Shown here: piece by piece, positions 24,801 to 55,920 of the stretch
Numbering within the stretch: position 1 is the stretch's first letter
Layout of the letters: the number at the start of each line of letters is the position of its first letter
Assembly: GCF_048593235.1 (NCBI RefSeq)
Contig: NC_133621.1
Span: forward strand, 299,407,146 to 299,471,145
DNA from: Sminthopsis crassicaudata
Lineage: Eukaryota
Length of the DNA: 64,000 bases
Reading direction: 5' to 3'
The notes under the pieces: generated by a model
Told to the model about the DNA's origin: nothing
The model's database searches: none
What the model saw: only the letters and a program-made list of their open reading frames with translations
Made by a program: the position numbers and the translations under genes

Positions 24801-26416
24801 GGCAAAACCCTGGGGGTGGAAAACAAAGTATGGAGCTGGAGCTGGAAGGGGGAGGGGAAGGGCTCACGCTGAGCCATGGCGTGGGAAAGGGCTGGAGGTG
24901 TCGGCTGGAGTGGAGCTCCCGGGAGAGGAAGGGCTAGCCGTCCTGCATTAGGAGGTTACTATGGGGACGGACGCTGCTTCTGCGGGCTGCCAGAGGGAGT
25001 CTGGCGGAACTAGGGGGGATGGATGCGCATTGGGACTCCCTCTAACTAGACACCGGAAGCTGGAGGATCACTCATCACTGAATCGGGGATGAAGGAGATC
25101 ACACAGCATAGGTCCGGAAATGGAAACTATCTCTCCACCGTTTGGAACCGCAGCCGTTCAGACTCTTCTCGCAGACCTCCAGTGACAGGGCACTCGCTAC
25201 TTCCCAGGGCCCCCCATTCTGCTCTGGGGCAGCTTTCGGAGGTGCGAGATGTAGAGATGGGGGGTTTCCTAGTGGGGGGCGTGGCCTCCTTCTGACCCCT
25301 AGCAGTCTAGCTTCAGCCTTTCCCAGGCCAGGCCTGATGGGAAACATCTCGCGCTCTCCAGAGGTGCCCGGAGCACTCGCGGCGACGAGGAGAGGCAATC
25401 ACTAGGGCAGACCAAACTTCCCGCTTATGCTGGCAGAACTATCGCGACAGGCTGGCCTTGTCGGGGAAGAGCCAAGTGACAAGCCCTCCACGGCCACCCG
25501 CCCCTGGGCTTTCCTTCTTCCCCAGGGACGGGCTCCGGACCACTCCGGTCCTGCAGCTGGATCCATGGGGCTCAGAGCAGCCGGCGCCTCGGGCTACCAT
25601 GGCAACGATGCGGCAAGGGCAGGCCCCGCCTACCCTGCCAAGACAACTGCTCGGGCTCCAAGCTCTCCTCAGGAGAGCTGAGCTCCGCCCCCGCTACCAT
25701 GGCAATGGCCGAGTCCGCCTCTCACGAACCCGCCTCTGGCACCTCCTCCTCAGCCACACCCCTCCCCTTAGGCCCCGCCCCTCACCGACGCTTACGTATC
25801 CCACCTCCCGATTCTAGGCCCCGCCTCCAAGTGTCATGGCAACACCCGCTCCTCCCCCTCCAGATCCGCTCTTCTGACTTTCCCTCCCCTTTGTAACTCT
25901 CAGTAGTGCCTCCGTTGCAAAGTACGCGCACCGGGCTCTGCCGCTGCAGCGGGACAATCTCGGCGCCCTCTCCTCAAGCGCTCTCGGCTCTGCTTCCGGC
26001 TCTGCTTCCGTCTTCACCTCCGTCTACCGAGGGAACGGCCGCGCGCCAAGCTCAGAGCTCTCCGGCTCCTCCGTTGCCATAACGACGGCGGCCCCACGCC
26101 CCCTCCTAGCACCAGGCTCCACCCCTCGGCTTTTTACCGCCCTTTCTCTGGGCGGAAGCTCCAGGTTCCGCCCCTACTTTAGTCCCGGAAATTGCGTATA
26201 CGTTGTGGTCACTGCACAGGCGCAGCCGATTCTGGAAGAGCTAACCCGGAAGTGGGCGCTCGCAGTCGTGAGGCTGGTCGCGGAGGCGCGAGTCTGGGTA
26301 GCGCCCGACACAGTGCCGGGGGCTGGGGCTAGTGGGTGCTGAGAAGAAGGCGCTGTCTCCAGACCGCTCCTCCTGGCCAAGGCGGCCATCCGGCCCAAGC
26401 CCGAGCATCCGCAGGC

Positions 26417-33292
<6,876 letters not shown>

Positions 33293-33348
33293 GCCCTGGC
33301 CCCGGCCTGCTGGCAGTTTTTCTGTTCTCTTTGTTTTTCTATATGGAT

Positions 33349-33354
33349 AATAAA
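33349..33354 (+). terminator. POLR2F poly(A) signal
   Basis: AATAAA 57 nt after the stop codon, preceded by a U-rich tract. Confidence 0.85.
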
Positions 33355-35194
33355 GCCTATTCACCCTCTCCTGCTCTCCATACTCCAGCTGCCTCCCCCT
33401 TTGGGTGCCACTGCCCGGCTCCTGGGAGCTGGTGCCAGGCTCTGGCTTGGCCCCCCCAGCAGCTCTCTAAGAACCTCTGCAGCCCCCTGCACACCCCCCC
33501 CCCCCCCCAGCCCAGCTCACAAGAGACCGTGGCTGCTGCAGGGAGGGAGACACTTCAGCTGCCTCCCCAGCACACAGACTGGCCTTTGTGCCCAGGGAGC
33601 TGGTTGCCATGGAAACCTCCAATTTCCTCCGATGGGGACTGACTTCGGGGGCTTCTCAGGAGTATCACAGAGCAGGTCTCATCAAGCCACCCATTGTTTC
33701 CTGAGGACCTGCCCCAAGCCCCTTATCACCCATCGGGATCCCCTTTCAGGAGCGGTGTACCAGCAGGAAGCACAGGACTGGAGTCAGCCTTCCCCCTCCT
33801 CCCCCAGCCCCACCTGGCCCTGTTGGGAGCCCTGGACAAATCAGCTGCCCAGCAGAGGGTCTGACACCCGCTTTCCCCAGGTACCCCCCCTCGGGCCTTG
33901 GGCCCTGGCCACACCCCTCCGGCCCTCCCCTTTCTCTTTGCACCTTCTCTGGGCCAAGGCGGGACGGGTAGACCCCGAGTGCCGGCCTTGCTCCTGACTC
34001 AGAAGGGAACCTCTATATTGTCAGGCGGGCCTTCCCTTTGCAGCTCCTAGGGCCATGTCTGTGATCTCCCCCAGAGGTAATGAGGAGTGACTGAGCCCAC
34101 TCCCTCCCTGCCTCAGAGGGGATCCCTGGGTCCTTTTGGCTGTCCCCTCAAACTTCGTTTCACCCCAGGAGCTGGAAGGACCCCAGCCTGCCTCTAGCAG
34201 GATGGGCAGGGAAGGGATGAGCCATCCCAGGTTGTCGGCACCCCTGCCTGGGCTGAGGGGGACGGCCAATAGCTGTCCAGGTGGGAGAGGGTTAATCTGT
34301 GGAGCTAAGCTGTGCCCTTTCTGGCCCTCCCCCCCCCATCACCCACTCTCCACCTCCGCCCCAAGCTCATGGAATCCTTTAATCACATCGGGCGCTGAAA
34401 TTTCAGTCCTGAAATGCCGCCTTTGTGCAGGCATCCCGGGCCGCCGCCCCGGAGTGCGGGGGTCATTTTCTCTGCCCCATTTCTTTAAATGGCCTCTTTG
34501 TTCCCTGCTGGGCTGCTCAGTATCAGATGTGATTAAAGGGAGGTGGGGTTGGGGTGGCAGGGGGGTGGGATGGTTGGAGGAGATGGGGAGGGAGGTTAAC
34601 CCTCAGGGGGCCAGCAGAAAGTCAGACTGCCGTCCTCCCTCCACCTTGTTTCTGTGGTGGCCCGAGCATCTCCTGACCCTGCCACTGTCGGCTCTCCTCT
34701 GGGGTCTGGCCCACGGTCCCTTCACCCTCTCATCTGAGACTCGCTCACTCTTCTCTCCTGTGAAACTCGCTGGAGCCCCTTCTCCACCCCCACCCCCTCG
34801 TCCCCGGGGACAGGTCTTTACTTTTTGTTTGCCTCATTCTTGTCCCTCTCCTTCACCCCGTGTCCTCAGCCACCTCCAGTCTCGCCCAGACCAGCAAACT
34901 TGGACTTCTGGCTCATCCTACCCCATCTCACTGGGGGGAGAAACACAGTTAATTTAGATGGGATCTGAGAAGCTTTGTCTATTTTATTTCTCAATAAATT
35001 TAAACAAAACGTTTAAATTGCTACAGTTTGTTCTTATGGTGGAACACTTCCAACACTTAAATCCCTTTATTAAATGCTTGTTTACGTGACTTTGAAAGTG
35101 CTCTGCCTGAAAAGTCGAGCAGGATAGCATAATTACCGTGTTCAAGACTGAAAATATGATTGCCAGTAATTAAATCATGGAGCCCAAGAGAGAC

Positions 35195-35310
35195 ATTAAA
35201 GCATTCGGGATGGAGTAATGGTCTGATTTTTCAAGAAGATGGAAAAAAAAAAGTGGATTTCAGAAAGTACAGACCAACAGGCTTAATACTAATCACTCAG
35301 CAAGATTCTA
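35195..35310 (+). mobile_element. Ancient CR1/L3 RT remnant
   Basis: Degenerate IFQ.DGKK..DFRKYRPTGL, resembling CR1 IFKKGKK.DPGNYRPVSL. Confidence 0.5.
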
Positions 35311-35940
35311 GGTGACATTCATGATGGTTCAAGAAAGCAGCGGTCATTGGGAGCCGGCATGGATTCATTATGAACATATACTTAGTGGAGTCCCCTATAA
35401 TGTTCTATTGGGCTGTTAGATGATAGATGTAGCCTGTCTTAGGTTTATTACAGAGTCCATGTGGATAAATGTGGGTTAGGTGATAGTACGTTTATATAGT
35501 GTCCCAGTCCAGCCCCACGGGTGTGAGATTTTAAGAGTTCCACCAAAGAATCAAAACTCGGTAATTAGTAAAGGTATAATCCTTTAGTGTGACAAAGTTT
35601 AATTGGCTCAGAGGAGAAGCTAGTGCCTGAAATTCATGAATCCCACGGAGGCAGGAGAAGTTCAAGCCAGAGGGACATCTGGTCTCGGGTGCCAGAAGGG
35701 GAGGGTGCCGGGATCACGATGGTCCTCACACCACAGCAGGAAGAAGGGGATGGATCCGTGACAATGCTAGGGAGAGGCTGCTCACGGACATAGGCCCGGT
35801 CCTTTATCTCTTTACCAGGGCAGCTTGTTCTGATGCTGAAGGCCATGGGCTTTATTTTTGTGTTTGGTTTATTGAATATTTTTCCCCAGTTACACTTAAA
35901 AAATTTTTTTTACAATGGTTTGTTTAAATTTTTGAGTTAT

Positions 35941-36279
35941 CACTTTCAGTTGATCAATGATGGACAGAGATAATTACACCCAGAGAAGGAACACTGGGAA
36001 GTGAATGTAAATTGTTAACACTACTGTCTATCTACCCAGGTTACTTCTACCTTCGGAAGCTAATAATTAATGTGCAACAAGAAAATGGTATTTACACACA
36101 TATATTGTATCTAGGTTATACTGTAACACATGTGAAATGTATGGGATTACCTGTCATCGGGGGGAGGGAGTAGAGGGAGGGAGGGGATAATTTGGAAAAA
36201 TGAATACAAGGGATAATATTATAAATAAAAAATTACTCATGCATATATACTGTGAAAAAATTATAAATATAAAAAAAAT
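35941..36279 (+). mobile_element. Young L1 3' UTR fragment with A-tail, inserted into an older L1
   Basis: G-rich tract gggagggagtagagggagggagggg then A-rich tail; flanked by aaatt(t)ttgagttat direct repeats. Confidence 0.7.
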
Positions 36280-36900
36280 AAATTTTGAGTTATAGCTTCT
36301 ATCCCTTATCCCCACCCATAATTAAGAAACCATATGTGAAATTATGCAAAACATTTCCATAAAAGTCATGTTGTGAAAGGAAACATGGATCTCCCACCCT
36401 AATGAAAATAAAAACCTTCAGGAAAAATAAAGAAAAAAAGAGAATGCTTCAATCTGTATTCAGATACATTCAGTTCTTTCTCTGGGTACAGAGAGGATTT
36501 TTCGTCCTTCAGAATAGTCATGGATGATTGTACTGCTGAGAACAGCAAAGTCACTTACAGGTGGTCATCCCAAAACATCGCTCTTACTCTGTATACGGGA
36601 TATTTCATTTTACCTGAGTTATGTTCATATAGGACTTTCCAGGTTTTTTTTTTTTTTTTTCTGAGAACATCCTGCTCATTATTTCCCATAGAACAATAAT
36701 CCATCACAAATACGTACTACATTTTCAATTGATAGACATCCCCTCGATTTCCAATTTTTTTTGCCTAAGAAGAGAGCTGCTGTGAATATTTCTTGTACAG
36801 ATAGGTCAGTTTCCTTTTTTCTTTTTTAATCTCTTGGTATTCATGCCTAATAGTATTATTAGGTCAAAGAGAACAAATGAATTTCTAACCTTTTGGACAC
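36280..36900 (-). mobile_element. Older marsupial L1 3' end; left part at about 35850-35940
   Basis: cagttctttctctgg, cccatagaacaataat and related L1 3' motifs in antisense; similar to 62700-63230 and 63520-64000. Confidence 0.7.
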
Positions 36901-37765
36901 AGAGCATATCTTTTGATCATTTTATCAACTGGGGCAAGGCTCTCTTCCTTAGTAAAAGCCTTAGTAAGGCTCTTAATCTTGAATTCAGATCTTCCTGACT
37001 GAGTTTAACACTCTAACTACTGGACCATTTAGCTGTCCCACCCCCAGTACAAAATTATCTTAGTTGCTTTGCAGGATATTTCTCTATTTATGAATTACTC
37101 CCCTTGGTTGATTGTAAACTCCTTGAAGGTAAGGACTTTTTAATTTTTATCCTTCTATCGCTGATTTCTAGTACTGAGCCTGGCATATAATAGGTGCTTA
37201 ATAAATGCTTATTAATTGGTTGATTTCTTCATCTACAAAGCAGGGTGGTTGAGCTAGATTCCTTCCGGTTTTAAATATTTATGGATCAATACTAACCTGG
37301 AATGAGCTCTCTAATAGGGAGGAAGAAAGCAAACATTTATTAAATGCCTACCATATGCTAAGAACTGTACAAATATCTCATTTGATCTTCCCAACAACCC
37401 TCCTGAGAGGTAGGTGCTATTCTTATCCCTGTTTTATGTTGGGGAAACTGAGGCAGCTTGAAGTAAAGTGATTTGCCCAGGATCCCACAGCTAGTGTCTG
37501 AGGTTGGATTTGAGTTCAGTTCTTCCTGACTCCATATCCTTGTGTCAGAACTGACCCAAACCCAGAGCAGGGGGATAAGGCTGTCAGAGCAGGGGTTGAA
37601 AATTTCACCCTAGGATGCAGGGGAGGATGAACATGTTGGACCTCATTTCGAGTCTCAGTTGAGCAAACAGGTTAACTTCAAGTCTCAGTTTCCTCCCCTG
37701 TAAACTGGAGATAGCATTAATTGGAGTATTTTTTGGTGGGGTTTCCTAAAACTATAGTGTTATGT

Positions 37766-37859
37766 AGATAAGTTGCTATAGCTACAAAAAATTGGGATAG
37801 TTTATCCCCAAGATAAGTTGCTATAGCTACAAAAAATTGGGATAGTTTATCCCCAAGAT
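37766..37859. repeat. Perfect 45-bp tandem duplication
   Basis: agataagttgctatagctacaaaaaattgggatagtttatcccca at 37766 and 37811. Confidence 0.95.
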
Positions 37860-37938
37860 GGGGAGTGAATGAGGTGGGATCTCCATCTTCTCATCTTTGA
37901 AGGGCTCTTCTGGAGAAGAGGGAGCTGATTTATTGTCT

Positions 37939-38102
37939 CTCTTCTCTTTTTTTTTTTTTTTTTCTTTTTCCTGAGGCTGGGGTTAAGTGACTTGCCCAGG
38001 GTCACACAGCTAGGAAGTGTTAAGTGTCTGAGACCAGATTTGAACTTGGGTCCTCCTGAACTCAAGGCTTGTGCTCTATCCACTGCGCCACCTAGCTGTC
38101 CC
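37939..38102 (-). mobile_element. WSINE1-like SINE with poly(A) tail and 11-bp TSD
   Basis: Minus strand GGGACAGCTAGGTGGCGCAGTGGATAGAGC...AAGTTCAAATC...CCCAGCCTCAGG-A tail; TSD atttattgtct at 37928-37938 and 38104-38114. Confidence 0.85.
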
Positions 38103-38404
38103 AATTTATTGTCTTTTATCCTGACTCATGTGGATAATTAACCAATGCAAATGAAATACCAGCTTATCAAATGGGTATTTTCTTCGTTTTGATGCTACAG
38201 ACACTTCCTAAGCTGCACCCAAACCAATCTGTTTGCAAGATAAATTCCAGGAGAAAAGTTTTATGCACTGTTAAAGGCAGAGGAAGGAGAGGCAGCTAAT
38301 GGCACTGTGGTTAGGGTGGATTCCAGCCTTGGAGTCAGGGAAACCTGAATTCTAAACTGGCCCCTTTACTAGCTGTGTGACTTTGGGCAGATCACATTGC
38401 CTCC

Positions 38405-38710
38405 NNNNNNNNNNNNNNNNNNNNNNNNNNNNNNNNNNNNNNNNNNNNNNNNNNNNNNNNNNNNNNNNNNNNNNNNNNNNNNNNNNNNNNNNNNNNNNNN
38501 NNNNNNNNNNNNNNNNNNNNNNNNNNNNNNNNNNNNNNNNNNNNNNNNNNNNNNNNNNNNNNNNNNNNNNNNNNNNNNNNNNNNNNNNNNNNNNNNNNNN
38601 NNNNNNNNNNNNNNNNNNNNNNNNNNNNNNNNNNNNNNNNNNNNNNNNNNNNNNNNNNNNNNNNNNNNNNNNNNNNNNNNNNNNNNNNNNNNNNNNNNNN
38701 NNNNNNNNNN
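38405..38710. other. Assembly gap (306 N) between POLR2F and SOX10
   Basis: N run. Confidence 1.
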
Positions 38711-39059
38711 AAGATGTGTTCTGTATTGGAGTTCAGAACAAACACTGACTACTGAATTCAGAATTTCTTGTCTTTCAATGTTGGTATTATTGTAAAATGG
38801 GTCAGAAACTGACATGATTTTTATTGGTGGCAAGGACTTGAAAGGAAGAGCCCGAACCGTTTGTTTTGCCACCACCCCCAAGGACCATGATATGTGTTGG
38901 TCAGACTTGCCAGCTGAAACGGCTGAAAGTTCCTTCGGTGTGCTTTCCCCTATTAGAATATAAGCTCCTCCAGAGCAGGGACTGATTTTTTCTATTTATG
39001 CATAGTGCTTTGCACCCAGTAAGTGCTTATTAAATGTTTTATTTATTCATTCATTTCTA

Positions 39060-39430
39060 ACCTTATGTAAGCTGTTTTTATAAAAATTTCCCATCCTCCC
39101 TTTGCATCGGTTTATACGTGTCTTCCAGCCTTGTCCAGGGTCCCGTAGCTACTAACTATCTGAGTTTGGAATGGCAAACTAATACGCTTTGCCCTCTCAG
39201 AATATAATAAATTATATTCAGAAGCTGTAATCCTGTTCCCCAATCTTGCGATGCATCTTATTTTTGTTATCACCAATAATGCTGCGGTGAACATTTTTAT
39301 CCCCGTGGGTCTTAACTTGCAGTCAACAATCTCCTGGCATATTGTCCCAGTAGCGGGGTGGAATGGCATGACTAATTTAGTCACGGGTTGTACAGAATTC
39401 CAAATTGTTTTGCATCAAATTCCCACATAC
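39060..39430 (-). mobile_element. L1 ORF2 C-terminal remnant
   Basis: Minus ORF 39112-39384 contains IKMFTAALLVITK, resembling L1 TKMFIAALFVVAK. Confidence 0.65.
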
Positions 39431-40284
39431 TTACTGAATACCCTGATGACCCTAGACTAGAGGGGTAGGGAAGGAGGGGGGGCTAGCTAATAGATTAAAT
39501 TACAGGATCCCACAATGCTTGACTGGCATTTAATAAATGCCCATTGACTTGACTCAGAAAAATCTGTTGCCCACTGACAATTTGATGGGAATAAATGTCA
39601 AGTTTTAGTTGGGTTCAAAAAGTCAGCAAGATGAGTAGAAGATAAGGTCATATGGTCTAGATGTATGAAAAACGAGACTTGGTTTTAGTTGACAGTGGGC
39701 TTGATCATGGTAATAATAGTATTGGTTCCCTTTATCTATTTATGTTTTCCCTTGTATCCACCCTCTGGCAGCCCTGTGAGGTGGGTAGTATGGACAACTA
39801 TTACCCTCATTTTATAGATCGGGATAATAAACTCTAGAGAAGAGACTTGAGGGTCATTCTTCTCCCCTTCCATTTTCTAGAGCCTCCAAATCATCTCTTA
39901 TTTACTTAGTAGATATTTCTTTTTGCTTTCATGGGCTATCATTGTTTCCCCCAGTAGAATACAAACAGGCGGGGACTTTTATGTTGGTCACACAACTACC
40001 AAGTAGCATGGCTGGAATTTGAACTCATGTCTCCCCGAGCCAAAATCCATTACCTGTCCACCACATCGAACCGTCATTGGTTCATGGGCTTTGTACTTCT
40101 CTTACCGCTGCCCAGACTGGCCAGTTCTTGCCGGTCCGGATCACAAACTCTTCCTTTTGTGGCCTTTTTGTGCTTTTCCATAAATTCACCATCGACTATT
40201 CACCCAACGGGTTGGGGGCCTTCCCCTGGGTCTTTCATTGTCTTGTGTACACCAGTCTCCCATCCACTACAGCATGGAGCAAAG

Positions 40285-40590
40285 GAGAATTTGGGGGCCA
40301 TGACCAAATACCTTCAAGTATTTGAAGGAGTATCTTGTGAAAGCAGAGCCGGATTCACCGACTTGACCCTCCTTGACCCCCCTTGACCCCAAAGAGCAGA
40401 ACTAGAAGCTTGGTATGAAGAACCACCAGAAATTAGATCTCCCGGCTACGGAGCAGGCCGCCTTTGAGGTAGTGAGCTCCTCATCAGGGGAAGGATCCGG
40501 GGAGATACGTCTGGGTTTTAGCTAAAGGAATTCCTGCCCTGATGCGAGGTTGGCCCCAAAGATTCTAACCGACATTTCTGTGCCATCTAC
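40285..40590 (+). mobile_element. CR1/L3 3' region remnant
   Basis: catgaccaaataccttcaagtatttgaagg and gaggtagtgagctcctcatca resemble L3/MIR3 consensus segments. Confidence 0.55.
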
Positions 40591-41421
40591 TACGTTCCAG
40601 GGGCTGTGCAGTGAAATGTCAAAGTCCACTCCAAACCAGTGATCCAAAGGCGGGGTGTCTCAGGCTCGCTTTGCTCACCTGGGAGATGAGGCGGAGGTGG
40701 AGTCAATGACTGAGGGTCCCTTGGAGCTCTGAGACTGTTCCCGGGATTCTAGGAGTCAGTTTGTGAATTGGGACATTTGTCCTCCAATCTTGGGTTTCCC
40801 ATTCCTGTTAATAGCACTAACAATGGCTAGTAATCGCATCTTCTGTTTCCTCCATGACCTGAGGATGTCATTCATCCCGGCCAGGTGGTTTGTAGTCATG
40901 GCTGCCGGGTTTCGGAGGGCCTAGTCGGATGAATTCTACCCCAGGTCTCTGTGAATAGATTCGGAGACTTCCGGACCTTTTGAATCTCCAGCCCCTCGCC
41001 TCCCACATACCTCTGGTCCTGATAGGCCCTCCCACCTCGGGCTGTCTCTCCTAGGGTGTGGAAGTGGGAATGGGGTCCTCCCGACTCTGGGGTGGCATAA
41101 AGGGGGGGTGGGTGGAGTGGAGACCGTGGAACATCCCGTCTCCCATGGCAGGAGCCAATATGTGGGTTTGTGTGGGAGCGTGTGAGTCCTGTGTGGGCAA
41201 ATGTGCACATGTGCAAGTCTGTGTGGGAGCGTGTGGGAGCGTACGTGTGCACCCACCCCATAGGAAAAGGAGCCCCACTTTGGTCCCCAAGCCCCTCCCT
41301 TGGGGCTCCGGGAAGACCTCCGAGCTCCCTTCGGAGCTGCCGTTCTGAGGGCCGCCTGGTATCCCACCCTCTTCCCAACAGACAGACTAAGGCCAGGCCC
41401 AGGAGGCCAGTAACTGAAACC

Positions 41422-41433
41422 TTTAATTTTATT
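41422..41433 (-). terminator. SOX10 distal poly(A) signal (tandem AATAAA-ATTAAA)
   Basis: Minus strand AATAAAATTAAAGG about 1.1 kb after the stop codon. Confidence 0.8.
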
Positions 41434-42527
41434 ATTCTGGATTGCTTAATGCAGAGTTAATAGGGAGTCTGGGCAAGGGGCTACTGAGATAAATAGGGGG
41501 AAAGGGGCAATAATGCGTTATATGTGGACTGCGGGGCTGGGGGCTGGGAAACGGGGGCAGACGCAGCTACATATTTTATTTAAACACCAGGGGTTGGGGT
41601 GGGGGCTGGGGGGTGGGTGGATAGGGCCGATGACCCGGGGCAGGACAATGTACACAGTGATATTTTGGTGTCTTCAGGGAGGCCCTTGCTCCCAGACAAT
41701 GGGGTCTGACTGCCTTCCCCTGGGACTGGGAGCCCAAACTCTGGGGGCAGATTGACCTCTCCAGCCTTGGAGTCCAGGGGCCTGGGACACGGTCAGGGAA
41801 GTGGGGACTATTGTGGGGGAAAAGGGGGGAACGTGGGATGGGCGGCATGGTGGGAGGCAACACCTCCCCCCGTTAGCTGTTTCTAAATCCTCTCTCCACC
41901 TCCCTTCCCCATCACTGCCTGGGGTGAAGCCCCCAGTTCATTTAGCAAAGAAAACAGGAGGGAGGAGGATGGGAGTCTCTGGTCCTTGCAGAGCAGGCAG
42001 TGAGGGTGTCGGTACTGTCCTTGGGGGGGCCTTCTCTGCTGCCTCCTCCATGGATCCTCAGCTTGGGGGGGAGGCCCCACGAACCTTCCCTCCTTCCCCT
42101 TGCACACATGGCTGCCCCGCATGGTCCTTAGAAGGTCTCTGCCTCCCCCGTTGCTATGCCAGTCAGGGGGTCCCTTCTCAGGGCTTTAGCCGGCCCTGAA
42201 GACTGGGCCGGCACCTCAGGGCTGTGCAGGATCCAGGACAGGCGTCCTCCCTCCCTGACGGAGATAAACAAAGTCTGTAGGTAGGCCCAAAGGGAGGGCT
42301 GCCTTCAAGGAGTCGTACCAGACTGGGAGAAGAGCACCCCACTGAGGTCCCGAGTGGACAAGGCCTCCTCTAGCCCAGGGGAGGCGAGTGGGGGCAGAAG
42401 GCTGGGGAGAGCCTCCCTTAGAAGGAAGGAGACTTGGCAGTCCTTGGCCTCCACAGCCCCCGCCAGTTCTGTGGCAGAGAGGGGAGAGGGCTGAGGAGGG
42501 GGGCGCGGCCTCCTGAAGGGCCCCCCT

Positions 42528-54995
<12,468 letters not shown>

Positions 54996-55580
54996 GGCGC
55001 CGCCTTCCTCCCGGGGCCTCTGCCGGGGAAACCTCTCGCCTCTGCACCGGGAGAAGGGACAGAGAGATGGAGCGAACGTCCTCCCGCTCCCGGGAGCACG
55101 CGCAGGCCTCCCTGCCCCGGCCCTGGCTTCCGCCCAACTGGGAGGGAGACGGGGCCAGAGCCGGCCGGCCCCCGTCCCACCTCGGCGGAGACTGAGCCGG
55201 GCGGCCCAGGGGACGTGCCGCAAGTCCCTCCCAGCCGGGGGAGGAGGCCCCCCCTCCCCTCGCCCCGTCCCAACCGTCTCTGGTGTGGGTGGGTTTGAGG
55301 AGGTTTGTTTGTTTCTGCTTTCAGGTGGCGCTTTGTGGGGGGAGAGGGACAAAACGGCTCCCCGAGGAACAGAGGCTCCCGGGAAATTCCCGCGTTCCCC
55401 CTTGTCCCCGTCTGGCCGGGCCGAGCTCCGTTAGGCTGCCCTCGTCCCCCGCCCAGGAGCGGGGCGGGCGCCAGGCAGGTGCCCCGAGGGGGCCGGGGAG
55501 GCTGCCTCCGTGCGCCCCCCCTCGCAGCCGCTGCCCGCCGCCCCGGCAGCCCCGCGGCGCCCCTCCGGCAGCCCCCACGG

Positions 55581-55675
55581 GCTCCCCTCGCCGTCTGCGC
55601 CCCGGCAGCCCGCCGCTCCCCTCGCCGTCTGCGCCCGTCAGTCCGCCGCTCCCCTCGCCGTCTGCGCCCCGGCAG
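55581..55675. repeat. 33-34 bp CpG-rich tandem repeat x3 (SOX10 intron 1)
   Basis: gctcccctcgccgtctgcgccc at 55581, 55615, 55648. Confidence 0.9.
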
Positions 55676-55732
55676 AAGGGGGAGCGGCTGCGAGGGGCGT
55701 CGGAGAGCCCCAGGGCCGGGGCGGGAGCTCAC

Positions 55733-55920
55733 CTCGCTCGGCCTCCGGGCCGGTGTGGAGCAGCGGGTCCCAGGGGGGGCTCCCGGGCCGGGGTCTCTGG
55801 GCGGGTAGGGAGGGGCCGGGGGGCCCGGGGGGCCTCAGGCTGCTGCCATGCCGCAGAGCAGCCAGCTCGCAGTGCTCACCACCTCTCGGCCGGACGCCAC
55901 TGACTGACTGTGCGGCTGCT
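55733..55920 (-). other. SOX10: Probable SOX10 non-coding exon 1; 5' end approximate; likely splices to an acceptor 46 nt upstream of the ATG (exon start 55041)
   Basis: Donor gag|gtgagc at 55733/55732; acceptor ctctctgtcccttctcccggtgcag| ending at 55042; lies in a CpG island; mammalian SOX10 has a non-coding first exon. TSS not determinable from sequence. Confidence 0.6.

Noticed and set aside
25781-25796. Candidate donors for the C22orf23 non-coding first exon (gtgagg at 25785, gtaagc at 25795, minus strand)
   Set aside because: Cannot choose between them or fix the TSS without transcript data, so the exon is not annotated.
35500-35850. Possible solo LTR fragment
   Set aside because: Only a general resemblance; I could not identify TG...CA ends, a TSD or a family.
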